From a virus (taxonomy: Duplodnaviria; Caudoviricetes): a stretch of 46,103 bases of DNA. Below the pieces are notes generated by a model, which had not been told where the DNA came from, did not search any database, and saw only the letters and a program-made list of their open reading frames with translations. Below, piece after piece: positions 1-9,682 of the stretch. The position numbers were made by a program, and so were the translations under genes. The first letter of the stretch is position 1. Each line of letters opens with the position of its first letter. The DNA is taken from positions 1 to 46,103 of the IMG/VR virus record IMGVR_UViG_3300044852_000034; one strand, written 5' to 3'.

Positions 1-18
1 CATGGAAGGTGGACTCCA

Positions 19-309
19 ATGTCCAAGGTTTACATCGAGGGCCCGAACGGGCTTGTCATCGGTTTCGACAAGGAAACGGCTGAGGGCCTGCTGCGTCACC
101 CGGACATCAAGAAGGCCGCCGCGCCCGTGGCGCCCGAGCCTGAGACTCCCGAGTCCGACGAGGCTCCCCAGGATGAAGCGCCCGCCGCGCCGGCCGGGAA
201 CGCCTCCAAGGAGGACTGGTACGCCTACGCGCTTGCCAACGGCAAGACCAGCGCCGACCTCGAAGGCCTGGGCCAGCGCGAAATCCGCGCACTGTTCACC
301 GAAGCCTAG
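19..309 (+). CDS. Small virion-associated protein downstream of the major capsid gene
   Basis: GAAGGTGG RBS; Pro/Glu/Ala linker plus short C-terminal helical motif; follows capsid gene in the circular map. Confidence 0.75.
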   Translation: MSKVYIEGPNGLVIGFDKETAEGLLRHPDIKKAAAPVAPEPETPESDEAPQDEAPAAPAGNASKEDWYAYALANGKTSADLEGLGQREIRALFTEA

Positions 310-318
310 GAGGCACTG

Positions 319-888
319 ATGGTTGCTTTCGCCACGCCCGCGAACCTGGGCGACCGCATGAAGCGGGAGTTCACAGTGGATGAGCAGGCATGGGTGGCGA
401 CTCTCTTGGAGGATGCCGCCGCTTACCTGCGGGGAGTGATGGGAGCACACGTCTACCCGGTGAGCACGGCCACGTACACGGCCTACCCGATGGGCGGCCG
501 GGCCGAGATGCCACAGCCTTACGTTGTGTCGATCGGCCCGGTTGTCCTCACGGACTCCCCCACGACTCCGGTGAACTTTGTCCGGTTCGAGGACGGCATC
601 TACCTGTACTCGGACGACATCGTGGACATCACGTTCACCTACGGCCTTGCTGAGGCTCCCGCGGACCTTGTGGGGCTGAACTGCGCGATTGTGTCCGGGC
701 AGATCGGACTCATTGAACAGGACCTTGGGCTGCAGATCGGTGGCCTGTCGTCTGTGGCTCTGGATGACTTCAAGATCGCGTTCGCTGACGGCGGCGCCGG
801 GACCGGGCTGTCCCTCCCGGATCCGCAGTTGCGGTATCTGCGGGAGACCTACGGCAAGTCCGGCTGGGTTGTTGGGAGTGCACCGTGA
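319..888 (+). CDS. Head-to-tail adaptor
   Basis: AGGAGG RBS; N-terminal FAT..L...LLEDA motif typical of actinophage adaptors; synteny. Confidence 0.75.
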   Translation: MVAFATPANLGDRMKREFTVDEQAWVATLLEDAAAYLRGVMGAHVYPVSTATYTAYPMGGRAEMPQPYVVSIGPVVLTDSPTTPVNFVRFEDGIYLYSDDIVDITFTYGLAEAPADLVGLNCAIVSGQIGLIEQDLGLQIGGLSSVALDDFKIAFADGGAGTGLSLPDPQLRYLRETYGKSGWVVGSAP

Positions 889-1277
889 TCCGGGGTGTCC
901 TGGCTGCCGGCCGGCGCCGTGCTGAGTCGATGATGCGGGACACGTGCCGCATCACCCGCCCCGGGCCGAAGACTTGGGACGAGACGACGATGACGTACAC
1001 GCCGACATCGACTGTGGTCTATGAGGGCAAGTGCCGGTTCCTGAACCCGTACCGGGCCCCGACGACGGCAAACACCCCCGGCCAGACACAGGTTGTCCAG
1101 TTGGCCCGCCTGTCCCTGCCGGTGGCGACGTCGCTGGGGATCAACGAGGCCGACGAGGTGGAGTACCTGACGTCGGAGTCTGACCCGGACATGGTTGGCC
1201 GGCGCTTCACGGTGGACGGCCGCGCGCACCAGTCGGACGCGACGGCGCGAAGGATCCCGGTCAAGGAAGCGTCCTGA
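885..1277 (+). CDS. Head-to-tail stopper (DUF6093-like)
   Basis: AESMMRDTCRITRP...VYEGKCR pattern; GTGA overlap; synteny. Confidence 0.75.
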   Translation: MIRGVLAAGRRRAESMMRDTCRITRPGPKTWDETTMTYTPTSTVVYEGKCRFLNPYRAPTTANTPGQTQVVQLARLSLPVATSLGINEADEVEYLTSESDPDMVGRRFTVDGRAHQSDATARRIPVKEAS

Positions 1278-1663
1278 TGCAGATTCAGGTCCGGGGCCTG
1301 CAAGCTGTCGTGAAGCGCCTCGAGGGTGTTGACCCGCTGCTGCGGGAGAACCTCCGCAAGGCAGTGGAAATCACCGCCCGGCATATCAAGGACGACGCAA
1401 AAGCGAACTTGAAGCCGATGGCAACCCCGCACGTCTCGCATGTCTGGAAGCTCCCGGCCGCACTTCACTACCATATGGAGGGCAACCGCTATTACGTGGC
1501 GGCCAAGGTCCGGGCTACTGGCGAGCAGGCCCGGTTCATCGGCGTCATCGAGTACGGGTCCCCGACGTCGGCCCCGCACCCGTTCCTCATGCCCGCCGCA
1601 CTTATGAACCGCGCTGACTTCCTCAAGGGTGTCCGCCAGGCAGTGAAGGACTCCATCAAATGA
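1277..1663 (+). CDS. HK97 gp10-like neck/tail completion protein
   Basis: IEYGSPTSAPHPFLMPA C-terminal motif; synteny. Confidence 0.7.
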   Translation: MQIQVRGLQAVVKRLEGVDPLLRENLRKAVEITARHIKDDAKANLKPMATPHVSHVWKLPAALHYHMEGNRYYVAAKVRATGEQARFIGVIEYGSPTSAPHPFLMPAALMNRADFLKGVRQAVKDSIK

Positions 1664-2082
1664 GTGACCCGATCCGTGACCATGTGGGCGCGTTCCTGGA
1701 CCGGCTGAAATCGGATCCGGTGTTCGCCGGCAACGTCATTGACACGAACGAGCCGAAGACCGCTGATCAGCGCGTCCCGCCGTACCTCGTGGTCTATTCC
1801 GACACGGGCAAGGTGGTGAACGAGCGGGCGACGTCGGAGCTCCCGAACCGTCTGGACTTCCAGTTCACGGTGCATTCCGTGGGCGTGGACGCTGACCAGG
1901 CGCGCGCGTGGGCCGGGAAGGTCTTCTTGATGCTCGCCGGCTGGCGGCCGGTCGTGGAGGGCTGGAAGCCGCAGGGCATCACGAAGCGGAAGCAGCCGCT
2001 CCCGATCCAGTTCGACCGCTCCTACACACCCGAGCTTGTATACGCGGTTGACGTTTTCGACCTAGTAACCCGCAAAGCCTGA
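1660..2082 (+). CDS. Tail terminator
   Basis: PPYLVVY motif, size, position before major tail gene. Confidence 0.7.
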   Translation: MSDPIRDHVGAFLDRLKSDPVFAGNVIDTNEPKTADQRVPPYLVVYSDTGKVVNERATSELPNRLDFQFTVHSVGVDADQARAWAGKVFLMLAGWRPVVEGWKPQGITKRKQPLPIQFDRSYTPELVYAVDVFDLVTRKA

Positions 2083-2094
2083 TTGGAGACTGCC

Positions 2095-2253
2095 GTGGCT
2101 CTCACCAAAGCACGCAACAAGGACGGGGACGAGGTAATCGTCTCCGACGAGTGGCTGACCCGCTGGCCTGACGACTTCACCGCCGTCGAACCCACAGTTC
2201 CCCCGAAGGAAACTACGCCGGCTACCGGCACCAACAAGAAGGAGAAGGCGTAA
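2095..2253 (+). CDS. Small hypothetical protein, 52 aa (MALTKARNKDGDEVIVSDEW...), absent from the ORF track
   Basis: GGAG RBS, GTG start, fills the gap, TAATG overlap with major tail gene. Confidence 0.7.
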   Translation: MALTKARNKDGDEVIVSDEWLTRWPDDFTAVEPTVPPKETTPATGTNKKEKA

Positions 2254-2756
2254 TGGCCCTCGAAGATACTCCCGGTTCTGTCGCAACAGACGGCAACCTT
2301 TCCATCTGGTTTGTGCCCTACGGCGCATCCACCAACCCCGCATCGAAGGCTGTCCTTGAGGGTGGCACCACGAAGCGGATCACCTACTCGCTGACCCCGG
2401 ACGGCTTCGCCCACACCACGGACGAAGCGACCATCGAGGACGGCCGGCTGACCCTCAAGCAGGCGCTGCAGCAGGCCGGCACGGTCACTGACAACCTCGA
2501 ACTGTCCTACGTCTACGGCGCCGCTGACGACGTGGCGCGCGTGGCCCTGGCCGAGGGCACGAAGGGCTGGATCGTGGTCCGCTACGCGGTGGACAACGCC
2601 GCGGCCCTGTCCACGTCTACGGACAAGGTGGACATCCTCCCGATCCGTACCGGCGTGCAGCGCAAGTCCGCGCCGGCCCGGAACGCGACGTTCGTGATGG
2701 TGCAGAAGCAGTTCATCACGGGCACTGTGCTGCGGGACCAGAGCGTCGTCGCCTAG
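2253..2756 (+). CDS. Major tail protein
   Basis: Strong AAGGAG RBS, high-expression codon use, precedes tail assembly chaperones. Confidence 0.85.
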   Translation: MALEDTPGSVATDGNLSIWFVPYGASTNPASKAVLEGGTTKRITYSLTPDGFAHTTDEATIEDGRLTLKQALQQAGTVTDNLELSYVYGAADDVARVALAEGTKGWIVVRYAVDNAAALSTSTDKVDILPIRTGVQRKSAPARNATFVMVQKQFITGTVLRDQSVVA

Positions 2757-2766
2757 TTGAAATACT

Positions 2767-2802
2767 CCTGCCGCCCGTCTTTCCACCGGGGCGGGCGGCA
2801 GG
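2767..2802 (+). terminator. GC-rich hairpin after major tail gene (attenuator or mRNA stabiliser)
   Basis: CCTGCCGCCCG...CGGGCGGCAGG; no strong U tract. Confidence 0.55.
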
Positions 2803-2844
2803 TCACAACTTTCGTCCGGTGGAACGGTGGAAGGAACAATTCTT

Positions 2845-3363
2845 ATGTCGAAGCTCAAGAACAAGACTGATAAAGCCACATTCCGGTACAGGGACGTAAC
2901 GGTGATGCTGGACGGTGAGAAGGCGGCCGAGCGGGACGCGCTGATCGAGTCGATTGCGAACACGCAGGAGCCTGTTGACGCACGGATCACTGTGGACCCT
3001 GCCGCGGAGGCGCGGAAGGCGCTGGCTGCCCTCGAGGACGAGATGCGCGAGGCCTTGGTCACTGTCCGGCTGCGGGCACTGCCGACCGACAAGTGGAACG
3101 CCATTGTGGCGAAGCACCCGGCCCGTGAGGGCGTGGCGATCGACGCGAACAAGCAGTACAACATCGTGGAAGTCACGAAGGCCGCTGTCGAGGCGGGCGG
3201 GCACCTGATCGAGGACGGCAAGACCGAACCGATCGACGCCGACGAATGGCCGGCGTTTTGGGAGTCGCTGTCTGGTGGCGACTTTGATCGCTTTTGGATC
3301 GCGGCGTACACGCTGAACGAGCAAGACGGCTGGATGGGTGTTGACTTCCTAAAAAAAGGCTGA
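2845..3363 (+). CDS. Tail assembly chaperone (G-like)
   Basis: GGAAGGA RBS before ATG 2845; ends at slippery A-run CTA AAA AAA GGC TGA. Confidence 0.85.
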   Translation: MSKLKNKTDKATFRYRDVTVMLDGEKAAERDALIESIANTQEPVDARITVDPAAEARKALAALEDEMREALVTVRLRALPTDKWNAIVAKHPAREGVAIDANKQYNIVEVTKAAVEAGGHLIEDGKTEPIDADEWPAFWESLSGGDFDRFWIAAYTLNEQDGWMGVDFLKKG

Positions 3364-3800
3364 GGGATTCCCCCGGCCTGTTGAGGGATGTCCGGCTGGC
3401 GCGGGAGATGGGGATAGCCCCGCGCCGGCTGTGGGGCTGGGAACCAGTGGAGTCCACCAAGCATCATCATGATGACGCCGGCCGGCTGGTGGGATCCACC
3501 ACGACCAGGGAACCGGAGTTCGACCGGGAGCAGCGCGAATGGTTCCGGGCCCTGCACGAGCTCGAGGCGGACACCGGCCAGTACGGCGAGTGGATTTCCG
3601 AAGCGACGTCGATCGACGCTGACCCGAACAACCGGGACCGGAAGTACCACTACGTCGCGGGCGCGTCGGACGCACCGAACCTGCCGATCATCAACTGGGC
3701 AGAGTACGCGGTGACGACGGCGCAGGACCGCTACTACAAGCAATACCCGGACGCGAACCGCGCAGGCCACATGTGGATTGTGCGGAAGGTCAAAAACTAA
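3351..3800 (+). CDS. Tail assembly chaperone, -1 frameshifted extension (GT-like)
   Basis: AAAAAAAG at 3351-3358; downstream ORF is open in the -1 frame (..KRLRDSPGLLRDVRLARE..) up to the tape measure gene. Confidence 0.8.
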   Translation, partial: KKRLRDSPGLLRDVRLAREMGIAPRRLWGWEPVESTKHHHDDAGRLVGSTTTREPEFDREQREWFRALHELEADTGQYGEWISEATSIDADPNNRDRKYHYVAGASDAPNLPIINWAEYAVTTAQDRYYKQYPDANRAGHMWIVRKVKN

Positions 3801-3815
3801 ACATTGGAGGCGGCC

Positions 3816-6791
3816 GTGGCTGACGAGAAACTTGAAGTCGAAGTACGGGCGAACATCAACGGTCTTGACCGTGACATGGCGGCCGCTTCCAAGGCAGTCA
3901 AGGGCCTGGGTGACGCTTCCGACGTCGCGGCGAAGAAGGCCGACTCGCACGCGAAGAAGATGGAGGACCTGAAACGGGCCTCTACCGACATCGGGAAGAC
4001 GATGCTGGTTGCCGGTGCCGCCATCGCTGCCGGCGTGGCACTGTCTGTGGTGGAGTTCGCCAAGTACGACAAGGCCGCCTCGAACTACCGGGCAGTGTCC
4101 GGCGCCACCCGGGCCGAAATGGAACGGCTCAAGCAGACCTCGATGAACCTGGGCGAGCAGTTCGGTTTCACCGCTGTCGAGGTAACGGACGCTGCGACGG
4201 CGCTGAACAAGGCCGGTGTGTCCACTGCTGACGTGCTCGGCGGCGCACTGTCTGGTGCCCTGACCCTCGCGGCGACGGACACGATCGACGTCGCTGACGC
4301 CGCGGAAGTCGCCGCTATCGCCATGACCCAGTTCAAGCTCCAAGGCAAGGACGTCCCGCACATCGTTGACCTGCTGGCCGCTGGCGCCGGCAACGCCGTG
4401 GGTGACGTGAAGGACCTGTCCTGGGGTCTGCGGCAGTCGGGTCTTGTGGCCTCACAGTTCGGCCTCTCCGTGGACGAAACCGTGGGCACCCTGTCCGCGT
4501 TCGCCTCTGCTGGTTTGATCGGCTCTGACGCCGGTACAAGCTTCAAGCAGATGCTTCTTTCCCTCGCTTCCCCGTCCGGTGTGGCGGCTAAGAAGATGGC
4601 TGAACTGGGCCTGTCGGCTTACGACACGAACGGCCAGTTCATCGGCATCGAGAAGCTGGCCGGAGAACTGCAGCGCACGATGGGCGGCCTGTCTCAGGAG
4701 TCCCGCAACGCTGCCCTGTCGATCATCTTCGGCCAGGACGCCATCCGGTCCTCCGCGGTCCTGTACGAGCTCGGCGCGAAGGGTGTTGCCGATTGGATCG
4801 ACAAGGTTGACCAGACCGGCTACGCCTCACGTATCGCTGCTGAGAAGCTGAACAACCTCAACGGCGACTGGAAGAAACTCACGGTGTCCGTGCAGAACGG
4901 GCTCATCGACATGGGCGGGTCTTCGGAGAGCTTCCTACGGCCGCTGGTTCAGTCCGTGACTGGTGCTGTGCACGCCTTCCGGGACCTCCCGGAGCCTGTC
5001 AAGGGCGGGATCCTCGCTATGGCTGGCATGACTGCCGCGGCGCTGCTGCTGGGCGGCGCGATCCTGACCGGCGTACCCAAGGTGGTCGAGTTCAAGGAAG
5101 CGTGGGACAAGCTCTCAAACTCGAGCAACAAGCACATCAACACCATGTCGCGGATCGCTACTGCGGTTGGGTGGGTGACTGCCGCCTACGCCGCGGCGAC
5201 GATTGCGGCCGGCCTGATGGCGGACGCGAAGGCGGCGACGGAGAGCAAGGCTGTTTCGGCGCAGATCACGAACGGGATTGCTGGCGCGAGCCAGGACCGG
5301 GGCAAGGTCATCCCGGCACTGGATTCCAACTTCCGCAACATCACGAACCCGGCCGACAACCAGGGCTTCACGAAGGTCAACGACTTCACGAGCGCACTGA
5401 AACGCATCTACAAGCCGACAATCGCGGACAGCGGCAACGACTTCGCCGGAACCTTGTTCGGCAAGGACAGCGGCTCACAGAAGGCGCGGAAGGCATTCTC
5501 CGAGGTTGACCGGTCCCTCGCTGACCTGGCGGGCACGGGTGGCACGAAGGACGCCACCGCGGCGTTCGCTGAGATGCAGAAGAAGGCCGCCGACGCCGGC
5601 ATTGGTGTTGAAGACCTCATCAAGCTGGTTCCGAGTTACCGGGACGCGATGGTGAACCTCGCCACGCAGAACGGCTTGACGAACCTGACCGAGGAAGAAA
5701 AGGCCAAGGTCCTCGCCGGCACGTCGCAGAAGATGGACGCCGCATCGGCCTCCGCAGACGCGATGGCGAAGGCTCAGGAGACGAGCAAGGTCGAGACGGA
5801 GAAGTGGTCGAAGGCCCTGGATGACATCGGCGTTTCGGCGTCGGGTGCGATCATCGGCCTGCAGAAGTTCACCGATTTCCTTGTCTCTGCCGGCCTGCTG
5901 ACCCTGTCCTCTCGTGACGCGACGGCGAAGTTCGAAGAAGGCATTGATGGGCTCAAGGGCAAAATCGACTCCATCATGGCAACCCAGGCGCAGTTCGGTG
6001 GGGTGCTGAACAAGAATGCGACGGACTTTGACCTGACCACGAAGGCCGGCCGGGACGCCAATGACGTCTTTGCTGAAATGGCAACGTTGGGTATGTCTTC
6101 GGCCAAGGCGATGGCGGCCAACGGTGAAAGCCAGGAATCCGTCCAAGAGCGGCTGACTCAGACCTACGACCAGATGGTAATCACTGCCAGGGGTTTCGGG
6201 ATGGGCAAGGACGAAGCGGAAGCGTTGACCCGCAGCATCCTGCACATCCCCCCGGGAGTCGATGTCAAGTCGTGGATGGAAGACCAGGCGCGGATCGAGG
6301 CTGAGAAGACCAAGGCCGCGATGGACGCTATCAACGGCAAAACCGTCCATACGTACATCATCAACCACGACACCACTTTCCGGGACGTGATCGACAAGTT
6401 CTTCACGGACCCGAAAGCGCCGGCACCTGTTGGCACTGGCACGGTCCTGGCGCCGGAAGTCAAAAAGGCTGGTGGCGGTTCGGTCAACGGCCGCGGGCCC
6501 AAGGGCGTCGATTCGGTGTACGGCATGTTGGCCCCGGGCGAGCACGTCTGGACCGCTGACGAAGTGGACAAGGCCGGCGGGCAGGAAGCCATGTACGCGA
6601 TGCGCTCGGCGGTTCGCTCCGGCAGGGCATACGCGCTCCCAGGAGCCGCGCAGGCCGCGCCACAGTCCTCACAGGTCACGTTCGCCCCGGTCTTCCACGT
6701 CGCGTCCCAGGACACGGGCGCCGTGGTGCAGGAAGTAAAGGGCTGGCTCCGACTCGAATCAAAGAAAGCAGGGCTGAAGCTTGGCGGGTAA
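3816..6791 (+). CDS. Tape measure protein
   Basis: About 990 aa, Ala-rich, TP901-type core (GSDAGTSFKQML); GGAGG RBS before GTG 3816. Confidence 0.95.
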   Translation: MADEKLEVEVRANINGLDRDMAAASKAVKGLGDASDVAAKKADSHAKKMEDLKRASTDIGKTMLVAGAAIAAGVALSVVEFAKYDKAASNYRAVSGATRAEMERLKQTSMNLGEQFGFTAVEVTDAATALNKAGVSTADVLGGALSGALTLAATDTIDVADAAEVAAIAMTQFKLQGKDVPHIVDLLAAGAGNAVGDVKDLSWGLRQSGLVASQFGLSVDETVGTLSAFASAGLIGSDAGTSFKQMLLSLASPSGVAAKKMAELGLSAYDTNGQFIGIEKLAGELQRTMGGLSQESRNAALSIIFGQDAIRSSAVLYELGAKGVADWIDKVDQTGYASRIAAEKLNNLNGDWKKLTVSVQNGLIDMGGSSESFLRPLVQSVTGAVHAFRDLPEPVKGGILAMAGMTAAALLLGGAILTGVPKVVEFKEAWDKLSNSSNKHINTMSRIATAVGWVTAAYAAATIAAGLMADAKAATESKAVSAQITNGIAGASQDRGKVIPALDSNFRNITNPADNQGFTKVNDFTSALKRIYKPTIADSGNDFAGTLFGKDSGSQKARKAFSEVDRSLADLAGTGGTKDATAAFAEMQKKAADAGIGVEDLIKLVPSYRDAMVNLATQNGLTNLTEEEKAKVLAGTSQKMDAASASADAMAKAQETSKVETEKWSKALDDIGVSASGAIIGLQKFTDFLVSAGLLTLSSRDATAKFEEGIDGLKGKIDSIMATQAQFGGVLNKNATDFDLTTKAGRDANDVFAEMATLGMSSAKAMAANGESQESVQERLTQTYDQMVITARGFGMGKDEAEALTRSILHIPPGVDVKSWMEDQARIEAEKTKAAMDAINGKTVHTYIINHDTTFRDVIDKFFTDPKAPAPVGTGTVLAPEVKKAGGGSVNGRGPKGVDSVYGMLAPGEHVWTADEVDKAGGQEAMYAMRSAVRSGRAYALPGAAQAAPQSSQVTFAPVFHVASQDTGAVVQEVKGWLRLESKKAGLKLGG

Positions 6792-7539
6792 GCGAATCAC
6801 GCTGGACGGACAAGTCCTGGAAGGCTTTGACGAGTATGGCGAGTGGGGAGTCCACACCTTCGAGGGCTGGTGGGACTCCCCGGAACCGAAGGAACGTCAG
6901 GTAGAGCGTCCGGTGGGCTCGGACGGCGACATGGACACCCCCGTGGACTACAAGGCACGGTATCCGACGCTGACGGGAATCTTCATCGCTGACAGCGAGG
7001 CGAAGATGTTCGAGGGCATGAACAGGTTCAGTGCGCTACTGCAGCAGCCGAGCACGCTGGAAGTCGTTGGCTACGGCCGTACCCAGTGGGCGACCGTGAA
7101 GCGCGCGTCTGGCCTGGTCATCACCCCCCGCACTGATCGGGTGTGCATCTGGCAGGCCAGGGTGAAGGCTGACGACCCGCGGAAGTACGGCGCGTCCAGG
7201 ACGTTTGCGGTGGCTACTGGTTCCCCGGTCACGGCGTTCCACCGCGGGACGTACCCTGCCTCGCCCAGCTTCATCATCCGCGGGTCCATGCCCGGCGGGT
7301 ACACGATCACGGTGGATGGCTGGAACTACACCGTGACGAAACCTCTGGTCACGGGTTTCCCGCACCGGATCGACTACAACGATGGCGACCTGTACGTGAA
7401 CGGGACACTCACGCAGAACAGTCTCGGCAACACCAATCTTCGGACAATCCCGCCCGGCCCGGGCGTCGGCGTCGGGCTCTACCCCGTCAGTACGGGCAGT
7501 GGCTCGGCGGACATGACCGTCTGGGACACCTACATCTAA
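6781..7539 (+). CDS. Minor tail protein (distal tail-like)
   Basis: Directly after tape measure; ADDPRKYG motif. Confidence 0.8.
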   Translation: MAGKRITLDGQVLEGFDEYGEWGVHTFEGWWDSPEPKERQVERPVGSDGDMDTPVDYKARYPTLTGIFIADSEAKMFEGMNRFSALLQQPSTLEVVGYGRTQWATVKRASGLVITPRTDRVCIWQARVKADDPRKYGASRTFAVATGSPVTAFHRGTYPASPSFIIRGSMPGGYTITVDGWNYTVTKPLVTGFPHRIDYNDGDLYVNGTLTQNSLGNTNLRTIPPGPGVGVGLYPVSTGSGSADMTVWDTYI

Positions 7540-7548
7540 GGAGGCGGC

Positions 7549-8622
7549 ATGGCTTGGCGCGTATGGTCCGTTAGTACGTCGGACTGGCAGACGAAGGTCA
7601 AGGTCACGCCGACGTCGGCGCCGTGGGCGCGGGCGATGGGAAGCGGCCGGCAGGAACAGATGGTTTTCGACGTCTTGGATCCGAAGGTTGCTGCGAAGGT
7701 CAACGAAACCACTATGGCGCCGTGGAAGCGACTGCTGGTGATGGAGAACTTCGGCCAGATCATCTACGCCGGCTTCATCACAGATGCCGACTATGACCGG
7801 GACGCGGGAACGGTGACGGTCTACCACGAGGATGCGTTCTCGCTGTGGCGGAAGCGCATCATGGCCGGCACGGTGGCAGACGGTATGCAGGCGGGCCCGG
7901 CACTGACTTTCACCAACGTGACTTTGCCGACCTTGGTGAAGCAGGCGTTCTACAACGGCCAGAATGACGCCGCCAGGTTCAACGTACCGATCGTGCTCCC
8001 CGCGGACGAGAGCGGAACGCAGTCGAAGAAGTTCGACCCTTGGGAGCTCCCAACGGTGGCCTCTGTTGTTGAGGAACTGATGAGCACGGAGGGTGGCCCG
8101 GACATTGACTTGTTCCCGCGCTGGCGGGATGACGGTTCGATCGAATGGTTCCTCCGCATGGGGAACCTCACCGAGGGCGTATGGTCCTGGGACATTTCCG
8201 CGCCACTGTCGCGCGTGTCTGGTTTCAAGCTGCGCAAGAGCGGCGACAACATGGCGAACCGTATCGCCGCCGTGGGTGAGGGCTCGGAGAAGAAGATGCT
8301 CCTGTCCGTGCAGGACGGGTCTGCCACTTCGGACTTCCTGCCACTGGACGCGGTGAAGTCGTACAAGGGAGAGAAAGACCCGGCAGCCCTAGCAGCTAGG
8401 GCCCGCGCCGACCTCGCAGCCTGTTCCAAACCAACGGAGCAGGTATCAATGGACGTCGAAATGACCGACAACTTCACCGCGGACATGCTCAGGCTAGGCG
8501 GAACAGTCAACTGGCGGGTGCAGGATGACCCGTTTGTCGGCACCGGCTCCCGCTCGGCCAGGCTGATCGAGTTCTCCGGGGACCTCACAAACAAAATCCA
8601 CCTTGAATTTCAGACTGCTTAG
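7549..8622 (+). CDS. Minor tail protein (baseplate hub-like)
   Basis: AAGGAGG RBS; synteny; GEGSEKKML-type motif. Confidence 0.75.
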   Translation: MAWRVWSVSTSDWQTKVKVTPTSAPWARAMGSGRQEQMVFDVLDPKVAAKVNETTMAPWKRLLVMENFGQIIYAGFITDADYDRDAGTVTVYHEDAFSLWRKRIMAGTVADGMQAGPALTFTNVTLPTLVKQAFYNGQNDAARFNVPIVLPADESGTQSKKFDPWELPTVASVVEELMSTEGGPDIDLFPRWRDDGSIEWFLRMGNLTEGVWSWDISAPLSRVSGFKLRKSGDNMANRIAAVGEGSEKKMLLSVQDGSATSDFLPLDAVKSYKGEKDPAALAARARADLAACSKPTEQVSMDVEMTDNFTADMLRLGGTVNWRVQDDPFVGTGSRSARLIEFSGDLTNKIHLEFQTA

Positions 8623-8631
8623 GAGGCTTGC

Positions 8632-9279
8632 ATGGGACAGGTGAACAACCTCAATGACCCCAACTTCCAGCAGAAGGTTCTAGACCGGCTAGACAAGCTC
8701 GAGCGGGCGACCCCAATGAACAACGCGGCGATCGGCCGGGACGGGTTCGAGGTCTATGACGGCGGCGTAATCACCATCAGCAACGGCGGGCTCAAGGTCA
8801 CTGGATCCATCGACGTCATTGGCGAACTGATCGCGTCCGGCACCCTGACCTTCTCCGGGACACTCACCCAGGAGGGCGAGTCCACATTCACCGGGCCCAC
8901 CCACCTTGACGGCCCAACGGACACCACGGGCACGCTCGACGTCGAAGGCGTCACCACGCTCAAGAACGACCTAAACGTTACTGCTGGCGGGAAGATCATT
9001 GCCGGCAGCGTGACAGTTGACCCGTCTTACCTTTCCGGCAGCGTTAAGTTCTCCAACGGAACTTACATCGCCGCAACACCTAACGGGGCTCAGCTTGTGA
9101 AGGGTAGCGGCGGCGCCGTGACCGTATCGAGTAGTCAGGCTGACATCGGCATTCCTGGCGGTGGCTCTGTGATCGCGGACGGGTCAGGTGTTGTACTCAA
9201 TGGTCTGCTTACAAAGTCCGGCGTGACGGCGAACCTTTACATCGACCCGGCGACAAAACGGCTGTATCAGGTGGTTTAG
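8632..9279 (+). CDS. Minor tail protein
   Basis: N-terminal coiled coil (LDRLDKLERATP) then Gly/Thr-rich beta repeats. Confidence 0.7.
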   Translation: MGQVNNLNDPNFQQKVLDRLDKLERATPMNNAAIGRDGFEVYDGGVITISNGGLKVTGSIDVIGELIASGTLTFSGTLTQEGESTFTGPTHLDGPTDTTGTLDVEGVTTLKNDLNVTAGGKIIAGSVTVDPSYLSGSVKFSNGTYIAATPNGAQLVKGSGGAVTVSSSQADIGIPGGGSVIADGSGVVLNGLLTKSGVTANLYIDPATKRLYQVV

Positions 9280-9602
9280 CGCGGCGGGCAGACGGTGAGG
9301 CGCGCAGCTTCCCCAGCTGCCGCCAGCTTGTCACCGTCTGATTTGCGCAGGTCTTCGGTTGTGAACCCGCCCGCGTAGTGCTCGCACAGTTCCTTTGCCA
9401 TTCCAGCGATGTCGGCAGCCGGCGCATCCGCAAATGCGGTACCGGAAGCCTGGACCTTCGCCACGAAGTTAGCGACCTTGGCTGACTCCGAGAGCTCTGC
9501 GGGCTGAACCGTGGCAGGGCCATGCGCGGCCGGCACGCTACCCGCCGCGCATCCGGTGAGCGCGAGTGCTGACAAAAGAATGATCCCCCCGAGTTTACCC
9601 AT
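9276..9602 (-). CDS. Lipoprotein (DUF732-like) antisense to the tail operon
   Basis: Signal peptide MGKLGGIILLSALALTG-C with lipobox; TACACT -10 element 6 nt upstream of ATG. Confidence 0.75.
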   Translation of the reverse strand: MGKLGGIILLSALALTGCAAGSVPAAHGPATVQPAELSESAKVANFVAKVQASGTAFADAPAADIAGMAKELCEHYAGGFTTEDLRKSDGDKLAAAGEAARLTVCPPR

Positions 9603-9642
9603 GCGCCGAGTGTAACGGCCCGGACCACAAATTAAAACAGCG

Positions 9643-9664
9643 AGGCCCCTAGGGGGCCTTTTTT
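9643..9664 (+). terminator. Rho-independent terminator-like hairpin within the tail region
   Basis: AGGCCCC-TAG-GGGGCCT followed by a T run. Confidence 0.6.
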
Positions 9665-9682
9665 CATGCCCAGGAGGCAGAC

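Larger units (their letters stand above)
1..3581. repeat. Long direct repeat, copy 1 (circular-assembly overlap or terminal redundancy)
   Basis: Sequence from position 1 recurs at 42526 (offset 42525); ORF translations match except near 3462-3476. Confidence 0.97.

Noticed and set aside
1468-1481. Additional operator copies at 1468, 14830, 20705, 31470, 32992 and 33248
   Set aside because: They match mainly the central CCANNTGG-like core, and most are intragenic; they cannot be separated from chance without a PWM scan.
3462-3476. Diversity-generating retroelement behind the repeat variant
   Set aside because: No reverse transcriptase gene; changes are not adenine-specific on the coding strand and include an indel.
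2022-4361. 779-aa minus-strand ORF and similar long antisense ORFs (11435-13084, 35924-37741, 37782-39272, 44547-46079)
   Set aside because: Shadow ORFs of high-GC coding strands, with no motifs and full overlap with well-supported genes.
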